Notes: generated by a model from the letters alone, not told the origin. Shown: positions 47,203 through 57,286, counted from the stretch's first letter. The stretch is DNA of 64,000 nt from Candidatus Nanohalarchaeota archaeon (GCA_022729235.1 JALDAJ010000001.1:832001-896000), one strand, 5' to 3'. Made by a program: numbers and translations.

Positions 47203-48505
47203 ACGGTACGACATCCGCGGGAACTACCCTGGTGAAATCGATGAAGAATTTGCAGAACTACTGGGTAGAGCCATCGGAACCTTCTCAAGGCAAGAGTACT
47301 CGAGTAAAGTAGTTGTTGGAAGAGACAGCAAGAAAAGCTCTTTACCTCTTAAAAAGGCGTTCGTTGAGGGTTTAAGGGGTGCGGGCGTTGATGTTCTGGA
47401 CGCTGGTACAGGACCGACCGACTACGTAGCATTAGCGGGACGGGAAAATAAGTCTGTATCAGTCCAGATAACCTCGTCCCACTTACCTCTTGACACCAAC
47501 GGCTTCAAGTTCATGTACCCAGAAGGCAACGGCTTCCTGAACCCGGATCTTTACGAGGTCCAGGATTTGTTCCGGGAAAGAGACTTCAAGAGCGGAACGG
47601 GAAAGGTTGAAGATGTATCGGGAGAGTCCTATGAAAGATACTTCGAGGAAGTAAAACAATTTTTCCACCAGTACTTTGACTCCATTGACAGGAAGGTCGT
47701 GGTTGATACGCTAGGAGGTGCTGCAAACGGTTTTCTGCCGGAACTTCTCGAAGAACTCGGCGCTGAAGTCGTAGATATTGCCGCGGAGAAAGACGCGGAT
47801 GAACCCTACGTTGATCCTCCGAACCCGGAGCCGGGAGAACTGGAGTACGTAGCGGAGCGTGTTGAAGAGGAGAACGCTGATATCGCGCTCGCAACCGATA
47901 TGGACGCGGACAGGGTCGCGGTCTACTATGGTGAAGAGTGGTTAACAGGAGACCAGCTTTTCGCGGTTCTCGCGGGACTGATGACTCCTGAAAAAGTTGT
48001 AGCCTCAGTAGATACCTCTACCTTGCTTGAAGAAGTTGTGCAGGGTAAGGATGGAGAAGTATACTATACCCGGGTAGGAGATCCGTTTGTCGCGGATAAA
48101 GCTCTTGAAGAGGATGCGGTACTTGCTGGAGAGCCAAACAACCATTACTGTTTTCCCGGTTTCGTCCCATACAACTCTGGCACACTTACTGGGCTTTTAC
48201 TCTCCGCGGCAGACCTGGAGAATCTTCTCGAAGAAGTTCCAAATCGCTCTACAGGACGTACCAGTCTGGAGGTTGAGGACAATAAGGTCAAAGAGGATGT
48301 CATGCAGGATATAGAGAATGAGGTCAGAGAGGAACATGAGATGATTTCCGACCTGGACGGTGTGAAGTTCAGGAAGGAAGGTGCAACTGTTCTTGCCCGA
48401 CCGTCCTCCCGCTCACCTGTTATACGGGTAGCAGTTGAGGCTCAGAGTAGAGAGGACGTGGAGAATGTTCTGGGAGAGGTCAGGGAGCTTGTCCGGAACC
48501 AATAA
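47180..48505 (+). CDS. phosphomannomutase/phosphoglucomutase family
   Basis: FKRYDIRG, TSSHLP..NGFK, DMDADR, RPS. Confidence 0.92.
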   Translation: MKPEKVFKRYDIRGNYPGEIDEEFAELLGRAIGTFSRQEYSSKVVVGRDSKKSSLPLKKAFVEGLRGAGVDVLDAGTGPTDYVALAGRENKSVSVQITSSHLPLDTNGFKFMYPEGNGFLNPDLYEVQDLFRERDFKSGTGKVEDVSGESYERYFEEVKQFFHQYFDSIDRKVVVDTLGGAANGFLPELLEELGAEVVDIAAEKDADEPYVDPPNPEPGELEYVAERVEEENADIALATDMDADRVAVYYGEEWLTGDQLFAVLAGLMTPEKVVASVDTSTLLEEVVQGKDGEVYYTRVGDPFVADKALEEDAVLAGEPNNHYCFPGFVPYNSGTLTGLLLSAADLENLLEEVPNRSTGRTSLEVEDNKVKEDVMQDIENEVREEHEMISDLDGVKFRKEGATVLARPSSRSPVIRVAVEAQSREDVENVLGEVRELVRNQ

Positions 48506-48530
48506 AACTTGGTCTGAGAAATCATTCCCT

Positions 48531-48746
48531 ATGAGCGATACACTTCACAGTTTCTCTGAAGGACCCTATGACCTCCTGAATTACTCGATTGAGACAAACA
48601 ATGGAAAAGTGGTGATTGAAGTCAACAACGGCGGTCTAGGAAGACTGCCTATCGAGAACATGGAAACAGTCGAACAACTGAGAGAGGCACTCGAAAAGGT
48701 AGAGGCTCACTTCAAAGAACTGAAGAGAAGACAGGAAGAGCTTTAG
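48531..48746 (+). CDS. small hypothetical protein
   Basis: Start at MSDTL (48531); the longer track ORF overlaps PMM. Confidence 0.6.
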   Translation: MSDTLHSFSEGPYDLLNYSIETNNGKVVIEVNNGGLGRLPIENMETVEQLREALEKVEAHFKELKRRQEEL

Positions 48747-48847
48747 TAAATCTTCCTCAAAATGTTTCATGTTTCTGGTCAGGATTTCCAATTGCTCTTT
48801 TTGGCAGTTACAGCGATACAGGTGTCGTGGAAAGTCAGTACAATTCC
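48745..48847 (-). pseudogene. frameshifted C-terminal fragment of a VapC/PIN toxin
   Basis: FHDTCIAVTAK, shift in an A-run, then EQLEILTRNMKHFE; matches D..IA.TA...L.T.N.KHF. Confidence 0.5.
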
Positions 48848-48893
48848 AAAAATAAGAGAAGAAAAAGAGTAAAGATGAAGGCTTCGAGACGTT

Positions 48894-49061
48894 TTAAACG
48901 TCTCTTGCCTTGCAGGTTCTGCGTCCGTTGTCTTCTGCTCTTTCTACGGCTCTGTTGATGAGTCTTTTGACTTCATCGTCTAGAGCGTCGTAGAAGTCGC
49001 TTCCGACGTTTACGCCAGATGCGGCGTCACGGACGCCTGATTTCTTTAGAACGTCTACCAT
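48894..49061 (-). CDS. 55-aa short histone-fold protein (DUF1931 / face-to-face type; not in ORF track)
   Basis: MVDVLKKSGVRDAASGVNVGSDFYDALDDEVKRLINRAVERAEDNGRRTCKARDV; GGTGA and TATAAAA upstream; T-rich tract downstream. Confidence 0.9.
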   Translation of the reverse strand: MVDVLKKSGVRDAASGVNVGSDFYDALDDEVKRLINRAVERAEDNGRRTCKARDV

Positions 49062-49250
49062 GGTTGATTCACCAATTAGCTATTGTGTGGCTTCTTTTTT
49101 ATAGGGAGGGGGTTTCCGGGCTTTAAACAACCTAGTCTCGGTCTCTACTACCGGTTTTGTTATTTCAAGTCGATGAAAAATAAACCTTAAAAAGGGGATA
49201 ATAGCCGTTATCAGCCATTAATAAAGGTTTTCTTTATATAGCGCTTTTTT

Positions 49251-49268
49251 GTTCGGTTTGAACCGAAC
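49251..49268. promoter_or_regulatory. palindromic operator GTTCGG-N6-CCGAAC, copy 1
   Basis: Just upstream of the TATA-like box of the ArsR gene; same arms at 57912. Confidence 0.65.
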
Positions 49269-49310
49269 CGGACTTGTTAAAATAAAAAGTACTTTCCATC
49301 ATTTTTAGCC

Positions 49311-49850
49311 ATGGAGCTTGATTTCAAAACTGTCAAGGCACTTTCTTCTCCTACCAGGATAAGGATACTTAACCAGGTCCTCGAGCAGGAGTCTACCCCG
49401 ACCGCGCTGAGTGAGAACCTGGACCGGAGCAAGTCAACTGTTTCCTCCCATCTTGACACGCTCGTAGACGCAGATCTCGTGGAGAAGGATAAGGAGGAAG
49501 GACGCAGGAGGGTGATTTACAGACCTACTGGGAAGGCGGAGGACATAGTACGGGGAAAGGAGAAAAGAGTCAAGTTCAGCCTCGCCTCATCTTTCGTGTC
49601 TGCCTTCGCCGGGGTTGCTCTTGTAGGGAGTCAGGTTGTTGACTATACATCAGGGACTGTTGAAGACAGGGCGTACCTCCAGGAGGATTCTCCTGGTGTC
49701 ATGGCTGAGACTGCAGAAACTGCTCCTGCAGGAGGTCAGGAGTTTTTACTTGATCCTTCAACCGCGGTTCTTGCCTTCGGTCTGTTCTTCATCACTGTCT
49801 CCGCCCTTGCCCTCATATATGGTCTGGTTATGAGGCGGATAGGACGGTGA
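49311..49850 (+). CDS. membrane-anchored ArsR-family regulator
   Basis: KALSSPTRIRIL...STVSSHL..L; two TM segments. Confidence 0.88.
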   Translation: MELDFKTVKALSSPTRIRILNQVLEQESTPTALSENLDRSKSTVSSHLDTLVDADLVEKDKEEGRRRVIYRPTGKAEDIVRGKEKRVKFSLASSFVSAFAGVALVGSQVVDYTSGTVEDRAYLQEDSPGVMAETAETAPAGGQEFLLDPSTAVLAFGLFFITVSALALIYGLVMRRIGR

Positions 49851-49944
49851 CTGGCAAAGGTATTAAACTTTTCAACATCAATGTTTCTAACGTGTTAAAG
49901 TGAGAAACAACACCAACTATCTCGGACTTGCTCTGTGACTTCAA

Positions 49945-50391
49945 ATGGCATCTTGTAAACTATGTGGACAGGACGCGGATTCTCTAAAAAAGGTTAAAAT
50001 CGAGGGAGCAACGCTCAAGGTCTGCGACTCGTGCTCGGATATGGGCGAGGAAGTAGGGACTTCGAAGAAGAGAAAAAAGAAGACAAGAAGCAGGTCTGCC
50101 AGACCAAGGTCTGAAAAGGTCCTGGTGAACGATTACGGGTCCCGGATTAAGGAGGCGCGTGAAGAAGAGGGGATATCCATCAAGGAACTCGCTGATGAAT
50201 TAAATGAAAAAGTCTCGCTCCTCAGCAAGCTTGAAAAAGAAGATCTTAAGCCGGATAACTCACTTGCGAAGAAGATCGAGGATAGGTTAGGAATTGATCT
50301 CTACACAACGCCCACGGTTCATGACCACGACGCACCGAGTTCGGACAGCAGGAAAGCTACTCTTGGAGACGTTGCGGAAGTAAAGGACTAG
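49945..50391 (+). CDS. multiprotein bridging factor aMBF1
   Basis: CKLCG..IEGA.L.VC..C, HTH, TLGD. Confidence 0.9.
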   Translation: MASCKLCGQDADSLKKVKIEGATLKVCDSCSDMGEEVGTSKKRKKKTRSRSARPRSEKVLVNDYGSRIKEAREEEGISIKELADELNEKVSLLSKLEKEDLKPDNSLAKKIEDRLGIDLYTTPTVHDHDAPSSDSRKATLGDVAEVKD

Positions 50392-50855
50392 AGCCTGAAC
50401 TCCTGGTCAAGTAACAGGTGAGAGATTAATCCCAGACCCAGGGCTGTACCCGGGACTGCAGAACCGAGAAGGTAGACCCCGATGACAACTACCAGACTTG
50501 ACAGGGTCACGCAGAAACTGAGGGTATGGGTTATACCGCGGTGCTTTATCTTCACCGCGTCCAGGAGAAGATAGACTGCTACAAGAGCCAGTATGGATGC
50601 AGCGAAACGGTACACGATATCCGCAGGGATAAAGAGCAATAAGAACAGGCCAGCAGATATACTTGTCATCGCCTTCACCGAGCGGTGGACGTAAGCGTTC
50701 TTGTTATCGATGTCAGGCAGGACAGAACCTATGAAAACAAGTATGACCGAGATAACAGCTTCACTGCTCGTGATATCTACCTCACCCAGGACATAAACTG
50801 TTACAGCAGCCAGCAGGAAACCGAACAAAACGTGCTCATGGAAGTCTCCCATCAA
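50388..50855 (-). CDS. membrane metal-dependent hydrolase (YdjM-like)
   Basis: GSVLPDID, HRGITH, SHLLLD. Confidence 0.85.
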   Translation of the reverse strand: MMGDFHEHVLFGFLLAAVTVYVLGEVDITSSEAVISVILVFIGSVLPDIDNKNAYVHRSVKAMTSISAGLFLLLFIPADIVYRFAASILALVAVYLLLDAVKIKHRGITHTLSFCVTLSSLVVVIGVYLLGSAVPGTALGLGLISHLLLDQEFRL

Positions 50856-50890
50856 AAAAACTATACGTCACGCCGCTTAAAGTTACTTAT

Positions 50891-51775
50891 CTAACAACAG
50901 CCACAGCCGCTGTCAGGTTTACCATTACACGCCGCTCTCAGTCCGTGAAGTACAGCCTCTTCTTCAAGCGTACATTTCTCGACTTCAGGAGCCTCATTAG
51001 CTATCTGTTCCTTTATACCTGGTAAAATAGGTTCGATCACTTCTTCGGGATGGTTTAGTGCGACCGCGCCACCGAGGACGATTTTCTCTGGGTTGTACAG
51101 GTTGACCAGGTTAGCGAACGCTTTCGCATTGATTTCATTCATCCTCTCAAGCGTTTTTTCCGCCGCTTTATCGCCGTTACCTGCTTTTTCAAAAACCTGT
51201 CTTGCGTCCCTGAAGTCTTCTCCCGTAGTTTTTTCCGCGGTTCTTGGAAGACTGTTCCCTGAGCAGTAAGCCTCCCAGTGGTCCTCCCCTCCACACCCGC
51301 AGTCCCTGCTGTCCTCGCCGACCTGCATGTGCCCGACCTCTCCGAAGTTACCGTTCCAACCCTCAACAAGGTTCCCATCGACTATGAGGCCGGCACCGAT
51401 ACCGCTGGAGATTGTGACGTAGAGAAGATTATCGACACTGTGATCGCCATAATAGTATTCTCCCAGAACTGCGGCGGTACAGTCATTTACAATCCGGACA
51501 TCCCCAAACGCTTCCAGTGGTCGCTTGATCTGCACCTCCTCCAGATCGATATTCGGCGGGTAGAACACTCCCCTATCCCGGTCAAGAGGTCCGGCAGCCG
51601 CGACAGCAACACGGTCAATATCATTTATCTTGCCATTTGAAAGCGTCTTTTCCAGGCAGGCTCCCATGTCTTCAAGGAATTCCTGGCTTTTCACCTCTTT
51701 AACTATCTCGAAGTCGCCGTTACCAACGCCTATCAACGTATTAGTGCCGCCTATATCGACGCATAGAAACGCCAT
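50891..51775 (-). CDS. ROK-family sugar kinase (glucokinase)
   Basis: DIGGT, NDC.AA, GEVGH, CGCG..HWEAY.SG. Confidence 0.92.
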   Translation of the reverse strand: MAFLCVDIGGTNTLIGVGNGDFEIVKEVKSQEFLEDMGACLEKTLSNGKINDIDRVAVAAAGPLDRDRGVFYPPNIDLEEVQIKRPLEAFGDVRIVNDCTAAVLGEYYYGDHSVDNLLYVTISSGIGAGLIVDGNLVEGWNGNFGEVGHMQVGEDSRDCGCGGEDHWEAYCSGNSLPRTAEKTTGEDFRDARQVFEKAGNGDKAAEKTLERMNEINAKAFANLVNLYNPEKIVLGGAVALNHPEEVIEPILPGIKEQIANEAPEVEKCTLEEEAVLHGLRAACNGKPDSGCGCC

Positions 51776-51834
51776 ATTACAGAGTAATACATACGTCTTT
51801 TTGTATCCTTCTGTACTGCCCCGAATTTAAGGCT

Positions 51835-52341
51835 CTAGGGCGCCAGTTCGAGTTGTCCTGAGCCGTCCAAGGTGTAAAGATACTCACTGTCCATGTCGAA
51901 ATGGTCGAGGTTATCTGGGTACACGCCCCACTTTGTGAAGATATCAGGTTTGTATCCCATCTCTTCAAACTCTAGTCCCGCGTCCAGAAATCGTCCTGTC
52001 TCGCGGACGTTATCAGTGTCGTGGAAGTCGTCGTTGTAGACGCATACAACATAGGTATCCCGGCTGCTTGAAGATTTGGATGTAGAACACTTGGCGCCTG
52101 AAAGCATGTTCTGCTCTACTACCCAGTCCAACACTTTTTCGTACTCTCTATCTATGTCCGATTCGTCTATCTTGATAACCCACTTGCCAGAGGTTAAACC
52201 AGACGGTCTGTAAAGACTGGATTGCATCCAGATATAGTCGGCGCGGAACTCGTCCGTTGGGTCTAGAGCTACATCTCTATCTATGAATGTTTCCCCAGAA
52301 GGGTTTCTGGATACCAGATGCATGTTGAAGAGGTCTTCCAT
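51835..52341 (-). CDS. DUF1917-like (eIF4E-like fold) protein
   Basis: SGKW, AKCST, VCVY..DF.D, YKPD.FT..GVY. Confidence 0.7.
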   Translation of the reverse strand: MEDLFNMHLVSRNPSGETFIDRDVALDPTDEFRADYIWMQSSLYRPSGLTSGKWVIKIDESDIDREYEKVLDWVVEQNMLSGAKCSTSKSSSSRDTYVVCVYNDDFHDTDNVRETGRFLDAGLEFEEMGYKPDIFTKWGVYPDNLDHFDMDSEYLYTLDGSGQLELAP

Positions 52342-52571
52342 CTTAATCCCACATCCGTACCACGCAGATTTAAAAGAGTCTATTGCCTATCGACGGATAA
52401 CGTGATTACAATGCAGGGTGGATACTTTCACTTCGGAAACAGATTTGCAACCAGGTAAAATCTCTCTAAACAGTTCTAACTCTAGCTCTGATTCTTCTCA
52501 AGGCTTCTCGAAAAAGGGAAGCCAGAAACGAAGCTCCTCAAGTCGCTTCTTGAGTTCACCTTCAACTGAGG

Positions 52572-52817
52572 GTGAATGCGTTCACGTTCTCGGCAACGCT
52601 TGACTCGAAAGGACGCATCACTGTACCGTCGAGGATTAGGAAACGATTGAACCTCGGGAAAGGCGATGAGATTTCTCTCTCGCTCAGCTCCACGCAGGTA
52701 GTCGTGGAAGAAGTCGGCAGTTACCGGGAAGCGCTTGAGTTCATCAACTCGCTTGACTCAGTGAAGAGCTTCTCTTACGAAGACGGAGTAGTCGAGGTGA
52801 CCATCAGTGACAGGTGA
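52572..52817 (+). CDS. AbrB/MazE-family DNA-binding protein
   Basis: LDSKGRITVPSRIRKRLNL.KGD. Confidence 0.85.
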   Translation: MNAFTFSATLDSKGRITVPSRIRKRLNLGKGDEISLSLSSTQVVVEEVGSYREALEFINSLDSVKSFSYEDGVVEVTISDR

Positions 52818-53572
52818 GTATGTTCATCGGTGTCCCAGAGAAAGGTAGAAATGCGGGTATGGCTCTAAGAGAAGAACTTCCTCCTGGCTATGATGTAGAC
52901 TTTCTGCTCGATGTTTTGAATGGCGGAGGTAAGAATTTTGCTAGGAGAGGAGCAGATATCAACTGGGTTGCCGAAGCGGTTGCAGAGCTTGATTGTGTAG
53001 AATTTAGAGATACAGGAAGTCCGTTTCCAAGACCGATATTCACACAGATTCAGCTTGACGGAAAACTAATCACCTCATATGAGGAGAATCCTCTAGAGAA
53101 GGATTTCGATCGTTTCTATCAGGGGTTAGACCAGATAGTAGAAGAAGACTGTTCAGTAAACAGAATTTGCGAAAAATCCTTTGAGGATCTGGCAAAGGAG
53201 ATAGCCGAAGAAGAGAACTATCTGCTCGAGGATTTTTACGGCAAAGAAGTCAAGTGGGGAGTCATGAACACCGATCTTGACGCTGAGCCGGAAGCAGTTC
53301 TTATGCCGGAAAACTTTCCCAACCTGGGGATAGCAGCAGTTGATAAATACTGGGATAAAATTCCCAAGTATCTCCGTTTCGAGGATTATACAGGTGGCAA
53401 CGGGATAGATACATGGGACGAAGAAGAGATTCTGGCTAATACATCAGAGGAAGTAGCCGGAGTCTATATGTTCGTCTCAGGTAAAACTGCCGAAGATGCT
53501 GGGCTCGAATACGAAGCTCTTCCTGGTTTCAACAGTCGGCTCGGAAGATTCGAGGTGATGGAGAATGAATAG
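52814..53572 (+). CDS. hypothetical protein
   Basis: 252-aa acidic ORF coupled to the AbrB gene. Confidence 0.7.
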   Translation: MSMFIGVPEKGRNAGMALREELPPGYDVDFLLDVLNGGGKNFARRGADINWVAEAVAELDCVEFRDTGSPFPRPIFTQIQLDGKLITSYEENPLEKDFDRFYQGLDQIVEEDCSVNRICEKSFEDLAKEIAEEENYLLEDFYGKEVKWGVMNTDLDAEPEAVLMPENFPNLGIAAVDKYWDKIPKYLRFEDYTGGNGIDTWDEEEILANTSEEVAGVYMFVSGKTAEDAGLEYEALPGFNSRLGRFEVMENE

Positions 53573-53626
53573 CTTCAAAACCGCTTTAAAACCTCGCAGG
53601 AAAAAACCTGATAGGAGAACGATAAA

Positions 53627-54928
53627 ATGACTGAGATAACTTCGCTTAAAGGATTCTATGACAGGTACCCGGACGATTGGGCGAGCTGGAAAAAACTGAT
53701 AGAAGTAGTGGACGAGACAGCTGAAGAGTTCGGGTTCAGGCAGATAGACACACCAAATGTAGAAAAGGCGGACCTGTACCGAGTCAAGTCGGGTGAGGAA
53801 CTGATGGAGCAGATGTACAACTTCGAGGACAAGGGCGGGAGAGAGGTATCGCTTATACCCGAGCAAACTCCTACACGTGCACGTTTAGTCCAGCAGAGGA
53901 AGGACCTGAAGACGCCGATAAAGTGGTACGACACCTCGAAAAGGTGGAGATACGAGAACGTCCAGAAAGGTCGTGACAGAGAGTTTTTCCAGGGCGACTT
54001 CGACATATTCGGCATCGAAAGTGTCGAAGCTGACGCCGAAGTCATAGCCGCCGCAGCGACGATATACCAGAAACTTGGTATCGAGGACCGCGTAGAGTTC
54101 CTTATCAACGACCGAAAGCTGCTTGAATCCATGCTTGAATCCCAGGGAGTCGAGAACACGGAGGAAGTCATGAGAGAGGTAATCGACGACAAGGAAAAGA
54201 TGACCCGCGAAGAGTTCCTCGACGAGCTTGAGGAACGAGACCTTACCTCCGACCAGGCGGAAAAAGTCGATGAACTGACCTCTATATCTGGTCCTATAGC
54301 GGATACTATAGACGAGGTTAAGGAGAAAGCTCCTGAAGAAGCCCGGGAATCCGTTGAGAGGATGGTGAGCCTGGCGGAAGCGCTGGAAGCTTACGGTGTT
54401 GCAGATGTTTGCATGCTCGACCTATCGATAGCGAGAGGTCTCGCATACTATACGGGTCTGGTCTTCGAGGCGTTTGATGCGGAGGGAGAACTCCGCGCTC
54501 TGTTCGGAGGCGGGCGTTACGATGAGCTTGTCGGAATGTTCGGTTCACGCGAGGTACCTGCTGTTGGGTTCGCGTTCGGATACTCTACAACTGTGGAGCT
54601 CCTCAAGAAGGAGGACCGGTGGCCTCTGAAGGAGGTCGAGACCGATGTCTACGTGCTGAGCGTATCCGAGTCAGTGCGAGACCGCGCCCTTGAGTATGCG
54701 AAGGAGTTGAGGGAGGAAGGCCTAGTCGTCGAGACCGATCTCTCAGGAAGAGGTTTCGGAGGTCAGCTGGACTACGCGGACTCTATAAATGCCGAACGCG
54801 TTTTAATCGTGGGCGAGCGAGACCTAGAGAACGGAGAGGTCACTATGAAGCACATGGACACAGGAGAAGAAGAACAGCTGGATGAAGATGGAGTAGTTGA
54901 GCACCTGGAGTCAGAGAGCTTCCTCTAG
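53627..54928 (+). CDS. hisS: histidine--tRNA ligase
   Basis: KGFYD, WRYE.VQKGR.REF.Q, RGLAYYTG, GGGRYD. Confidence 0.97.
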   Translation: MTEITSLKGFYDRYPDDWASWKKLIEVVDETAEEFGFRQIDTPNVEKADLYRVKSGEELMEQMYNFEDKGGREVSLIPEQTPTRARLVQQRKDLKTPIKWYDTSKRWRYENVQKGRDREFFQGDFDIFGIESVEADAEVIAAAATIYQKLGIEDRVEFLINDRKLLESMLESQGVENTEEVMREVIDDKEKMTREEFLDELEERDLTSDQAEKVDELTSISGPIADTIDEVKEKAPEEARESVERMVSLAEALEAYGVADVCMLDLSIARGLAYYTGLVFEAFDAEGELRALFGGGRYDELVGMFGSREVPAVGFAFGYSTTVELLKKEDRWPLKEVETDVYVLSVSESVRDRALEYAKELREEGLVVETDLSGRGFGGQLDYADSINAERVLIVGERDLENGEVTMKHMDTGEEEQLDEDGVVEHLESESFL

Positions 54929-55308
54929 CTGAACTCTCCTAGACCTCTCTGCTGCTGTTTTTTCTCCTCCATGTAGAAGTTGTACTCGCGGGCGATCCAT
55001 CTGGTAACGAGGTTGACAACTGACTCGACCTGGCTGTCGGTGAGTTCCTTGCCCTCTGGCACCCGGTGTGACCTGTTCAGATCTTTCCTGGACGCGGCGT
55101 TGCAGGCGTGCATCGCCTTGTAGACAGGGTTACCGCCTAGAGGAGTCTGCTTCCCATCGTTCTCCGGCTGTCTCCTCAGCTTCTTCTCCACCATTCTCCG
55201 TGCCTGCTCCCTGATACCGTCTATACCTACTTCCTGTATCAGCTCCACGTCCTTATCATCCAGTCTCGGCCTGGAAACGTCTCTTCCCGGGAGTTTAAGT
55301 CTGCGCAT
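54925..55308 (-). CDS. DUF4186-family protein
   Basis: NDGKQTP..G.PV..A.HA. Confidence 0.7.
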   Translation of the reverse strand: MRRLKLPGRDVSRPRLDDKDVELIQEVGIDGIREQARRMVEKKLRRQPENDGKQTPLGGNPVYKAMHACNAASRKDLNRSHRVPEGKELTDSQVESVVNLVTRWIAREYNFYMEEKKQQQRGLGEFS

Positions 55309-55353
55309 AGTTCATAACTCAGAATTCGAAAGTTTTAAGAATAGGATTTTGTT

Positions 55354-56025
55354 TCAGAATCTTTCGTATGCTGTATCCTGACCGTCTTCTCTTTCATCGA
55401 GCCCTCTCTCATGTATTTCCTGGATTTGGTCGTGCACTAACCTTTTCATCTCTTCTCTTATCTCAGGATTTGGAACTTCACCGGTACTGAGAAAGCTCTG
55501 TATACTTTCATGCATATCTGATAGAAAGTCTTCCAGTCCGTCCACATCTGCAGATACTGAATCTGTTCTTATGCTTTCTACTTCCCTGTAACTGCTCTCG
55601 ATCCAGTTATCGATTTTCCTCAGTTCTTCTTCTGATTTCTCAGAGATTGAACCAGCGATCCTCTCGTATCTCTCTAGTTCCTTTATTCTGTTCTCTAGCC
55701 AGGGCTTATGGTTGTTCTTCAAACGTTCTAGTTCTTGATATGCTTTTCTGGCCACAAGATCAGAACCTATAAGAATAGCAATAATCTCCTCAATCTCACG
55801 CCACTCAGCGCCAAGAAATTCCAGGGTCACGTGTATGTCTTTATTTTCCAGTTCTTCAGTTCTTGATACTATATTTCTCCATCTCCCATCAAGACTCGAG
55901 TCTATAGAACCATTTTCTCCCCGTAAGTGCTCAATGAGGCTTTCTGCGGTGAGAAGATAACTCTTTGCCTCATCCCACTGGTTTTTCACTTCATCGACAG
56001 GGTTATCGGAATTTATTGAATTCAT
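55354..56025 (-). CDS. hypothetical coiled-coil protein
   Basis: 223-aa helical acidic ORF. Confidence 0.65.
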   Translation of the reverse strand: MNSINSDNPVDEVKNQWDEAKSYLLTAESLIEHLRGENGSIDSSLDGRWRNIVSRTEELENKDIHVTLEFLGAEWREIEEIIAILIGSDLVARKAYQELERLKNNHKPWLENRIKELERYERIAGSISEKSEEELRKIDNWIESSYREVESIRTDSVSADVDGLEDFLSDMHESIQSFLSTGEVPNPEIREEMKRLVHDQIQEIHERGLDEREDGQDTAYERF

Positions 56026-56089
56026 AATTCATCCACGACGATTTTGATATCAGTGACAGGTAAAAAGTCTTCCCAGATGAAAGGTTAAT

Positions 56090-57286
56090 ATGCCATACAA
56101 AATCGGTCTTGTCGGTAAACCCTCGGTCGGGAAGTCAACGTTCTTCAACGCTGCAACGATGAATGATATAGAGGAGGGTGCGTACCCTTTCACCACTATT
56201 GATCCCTCAGTGGGCGAGGCGTATGTCCGTGTGAGATGTGCCGCACCTGATTTTGATGAGAAGTGTGACCCGAACTTCGGTTTCTGTGAGGACGGTAAGC
56301 GTTTTGTTCCCGTCAAGCTCGTGGATGTTGCAGGACTGATTCCTGGTGCGCACGAGGGTAAAGGGCTGGGTAACAAGTTCCTGACAGATCTCAACGAGGC
56401 GGATGTACTGGTACACATAGTAGACTTTTCCGGTAAGACGGATATCGAAGGTGAGCCTACAGAGGGGCACGACCCGCGTGAAGACATCGATTTCCTGGAG
56501 GAGGAGCTGGACATGTGGTACCTGGAGATACTGGAGAAAGGTATCGAGCGCTTTGAAGGGAAACAGAGGCAGCCGGACGTAAAACTAGAGGAAGAACTCG
56601 CGGAGCAGATGTCTGCGTTCAAGACTAACAAGAACGAGATAAAACAGCTGATACTTAGAGAAGACCTTGAACTCGACCCGGATACATGGGACGAGGATGA
56701 CAGGAAGGATCTTGCTCGTGCCATAAGGAAGGCGACCAAGCCGATGATAATCGCCGCGAACAAGATGGATACGGAAGAGGCGCGGGAGAACTACGAGGAG
56801 ATAACCAGCGACCCGGAGTACGAGGATTTAGCTATAGTTACCAGTAGCGCCCACGCCGAGAAAGCCTTGAAGAACGCGTCGGAGCAGGGTGTGATCGATT
56901 ACACGCCGGGTGACGAGGATTTTGAGATAACAGGTGAGGTCTCCAGTGAGCAGGAAGAAGGTCTGGAGGAGATCCGGGAGTTCATGCAGGATTATGGCGG
57001 GACAGGGGTACAGGAAGCTCTCGAGAAAGCGCTGTTTGACGAGCTAGGTGTCATCGCTGTCTTCCCTGGCGGCGCTGACGGTTTAGGTGACGAGCACGGC
57101 AACATACTGCCTGACTGCTTCCTGGTTCCTGAAGGCGCGACTGCCGAAGACTTCGCCTACGAGATTCACTCCGACATCGGAGAGGGTTTTCTGCACGCTA
57201 TCGATTGCCGCGACAACCGGCAGATAGGTGCTTCGCAGGAACTTGAGCACCGGGATGTAATCGAAATAGTGTCGTCTAACCAGTAG
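56090..57286 (+). CDS. ychF: Obg-family ATPase/GTPase YchF with TGS domain
   Basis: GKPSVGKST, YPFTTI, DVAGL, G.GLGN.FL, ANK.D. Confidence 0.93.
   Translation: MPYKIGLVGKPSVGKSTFFNAATMNDIEEGAYPFTTIDPSVGEAYVRVRCAAPDFDEKCDPNFGFCEDGKRFVPVKLVDVAGLIPGAHEGKGLGNKFLTDLNEADVLVHIVDFSGKTDIEGEPTEGHDPREDIDFLEEELDMWYLEILEKGIERFEGKQRQPDVKLEEELAEQMSAFKTNKNEIKQLILREDLELDPDTWDEDDRKDLARAIRKATKPMIIAANKMDTEEARENYEEITSDPEYEDLAIVTSSAHAEKALKNASEQGVIDYTPGDEDFEITGEVSSEQEEGLEEIREFMQDYGGTGVQEALEKALFDELGVIAVFPGGADGLGDEHGNILPDCFLVPEGATAEDFAYEIHSDIGEGFLHAIDCRDNRQIGASQELEHRDVIEIVSSNQ

Noticed and set aside
56050-56763. 237-aa Ser-rich minus-strand ORF and similar long antisense ORFs
   Set aside because: Typical shadows of Glu/Asp-rich genes such as ychF.
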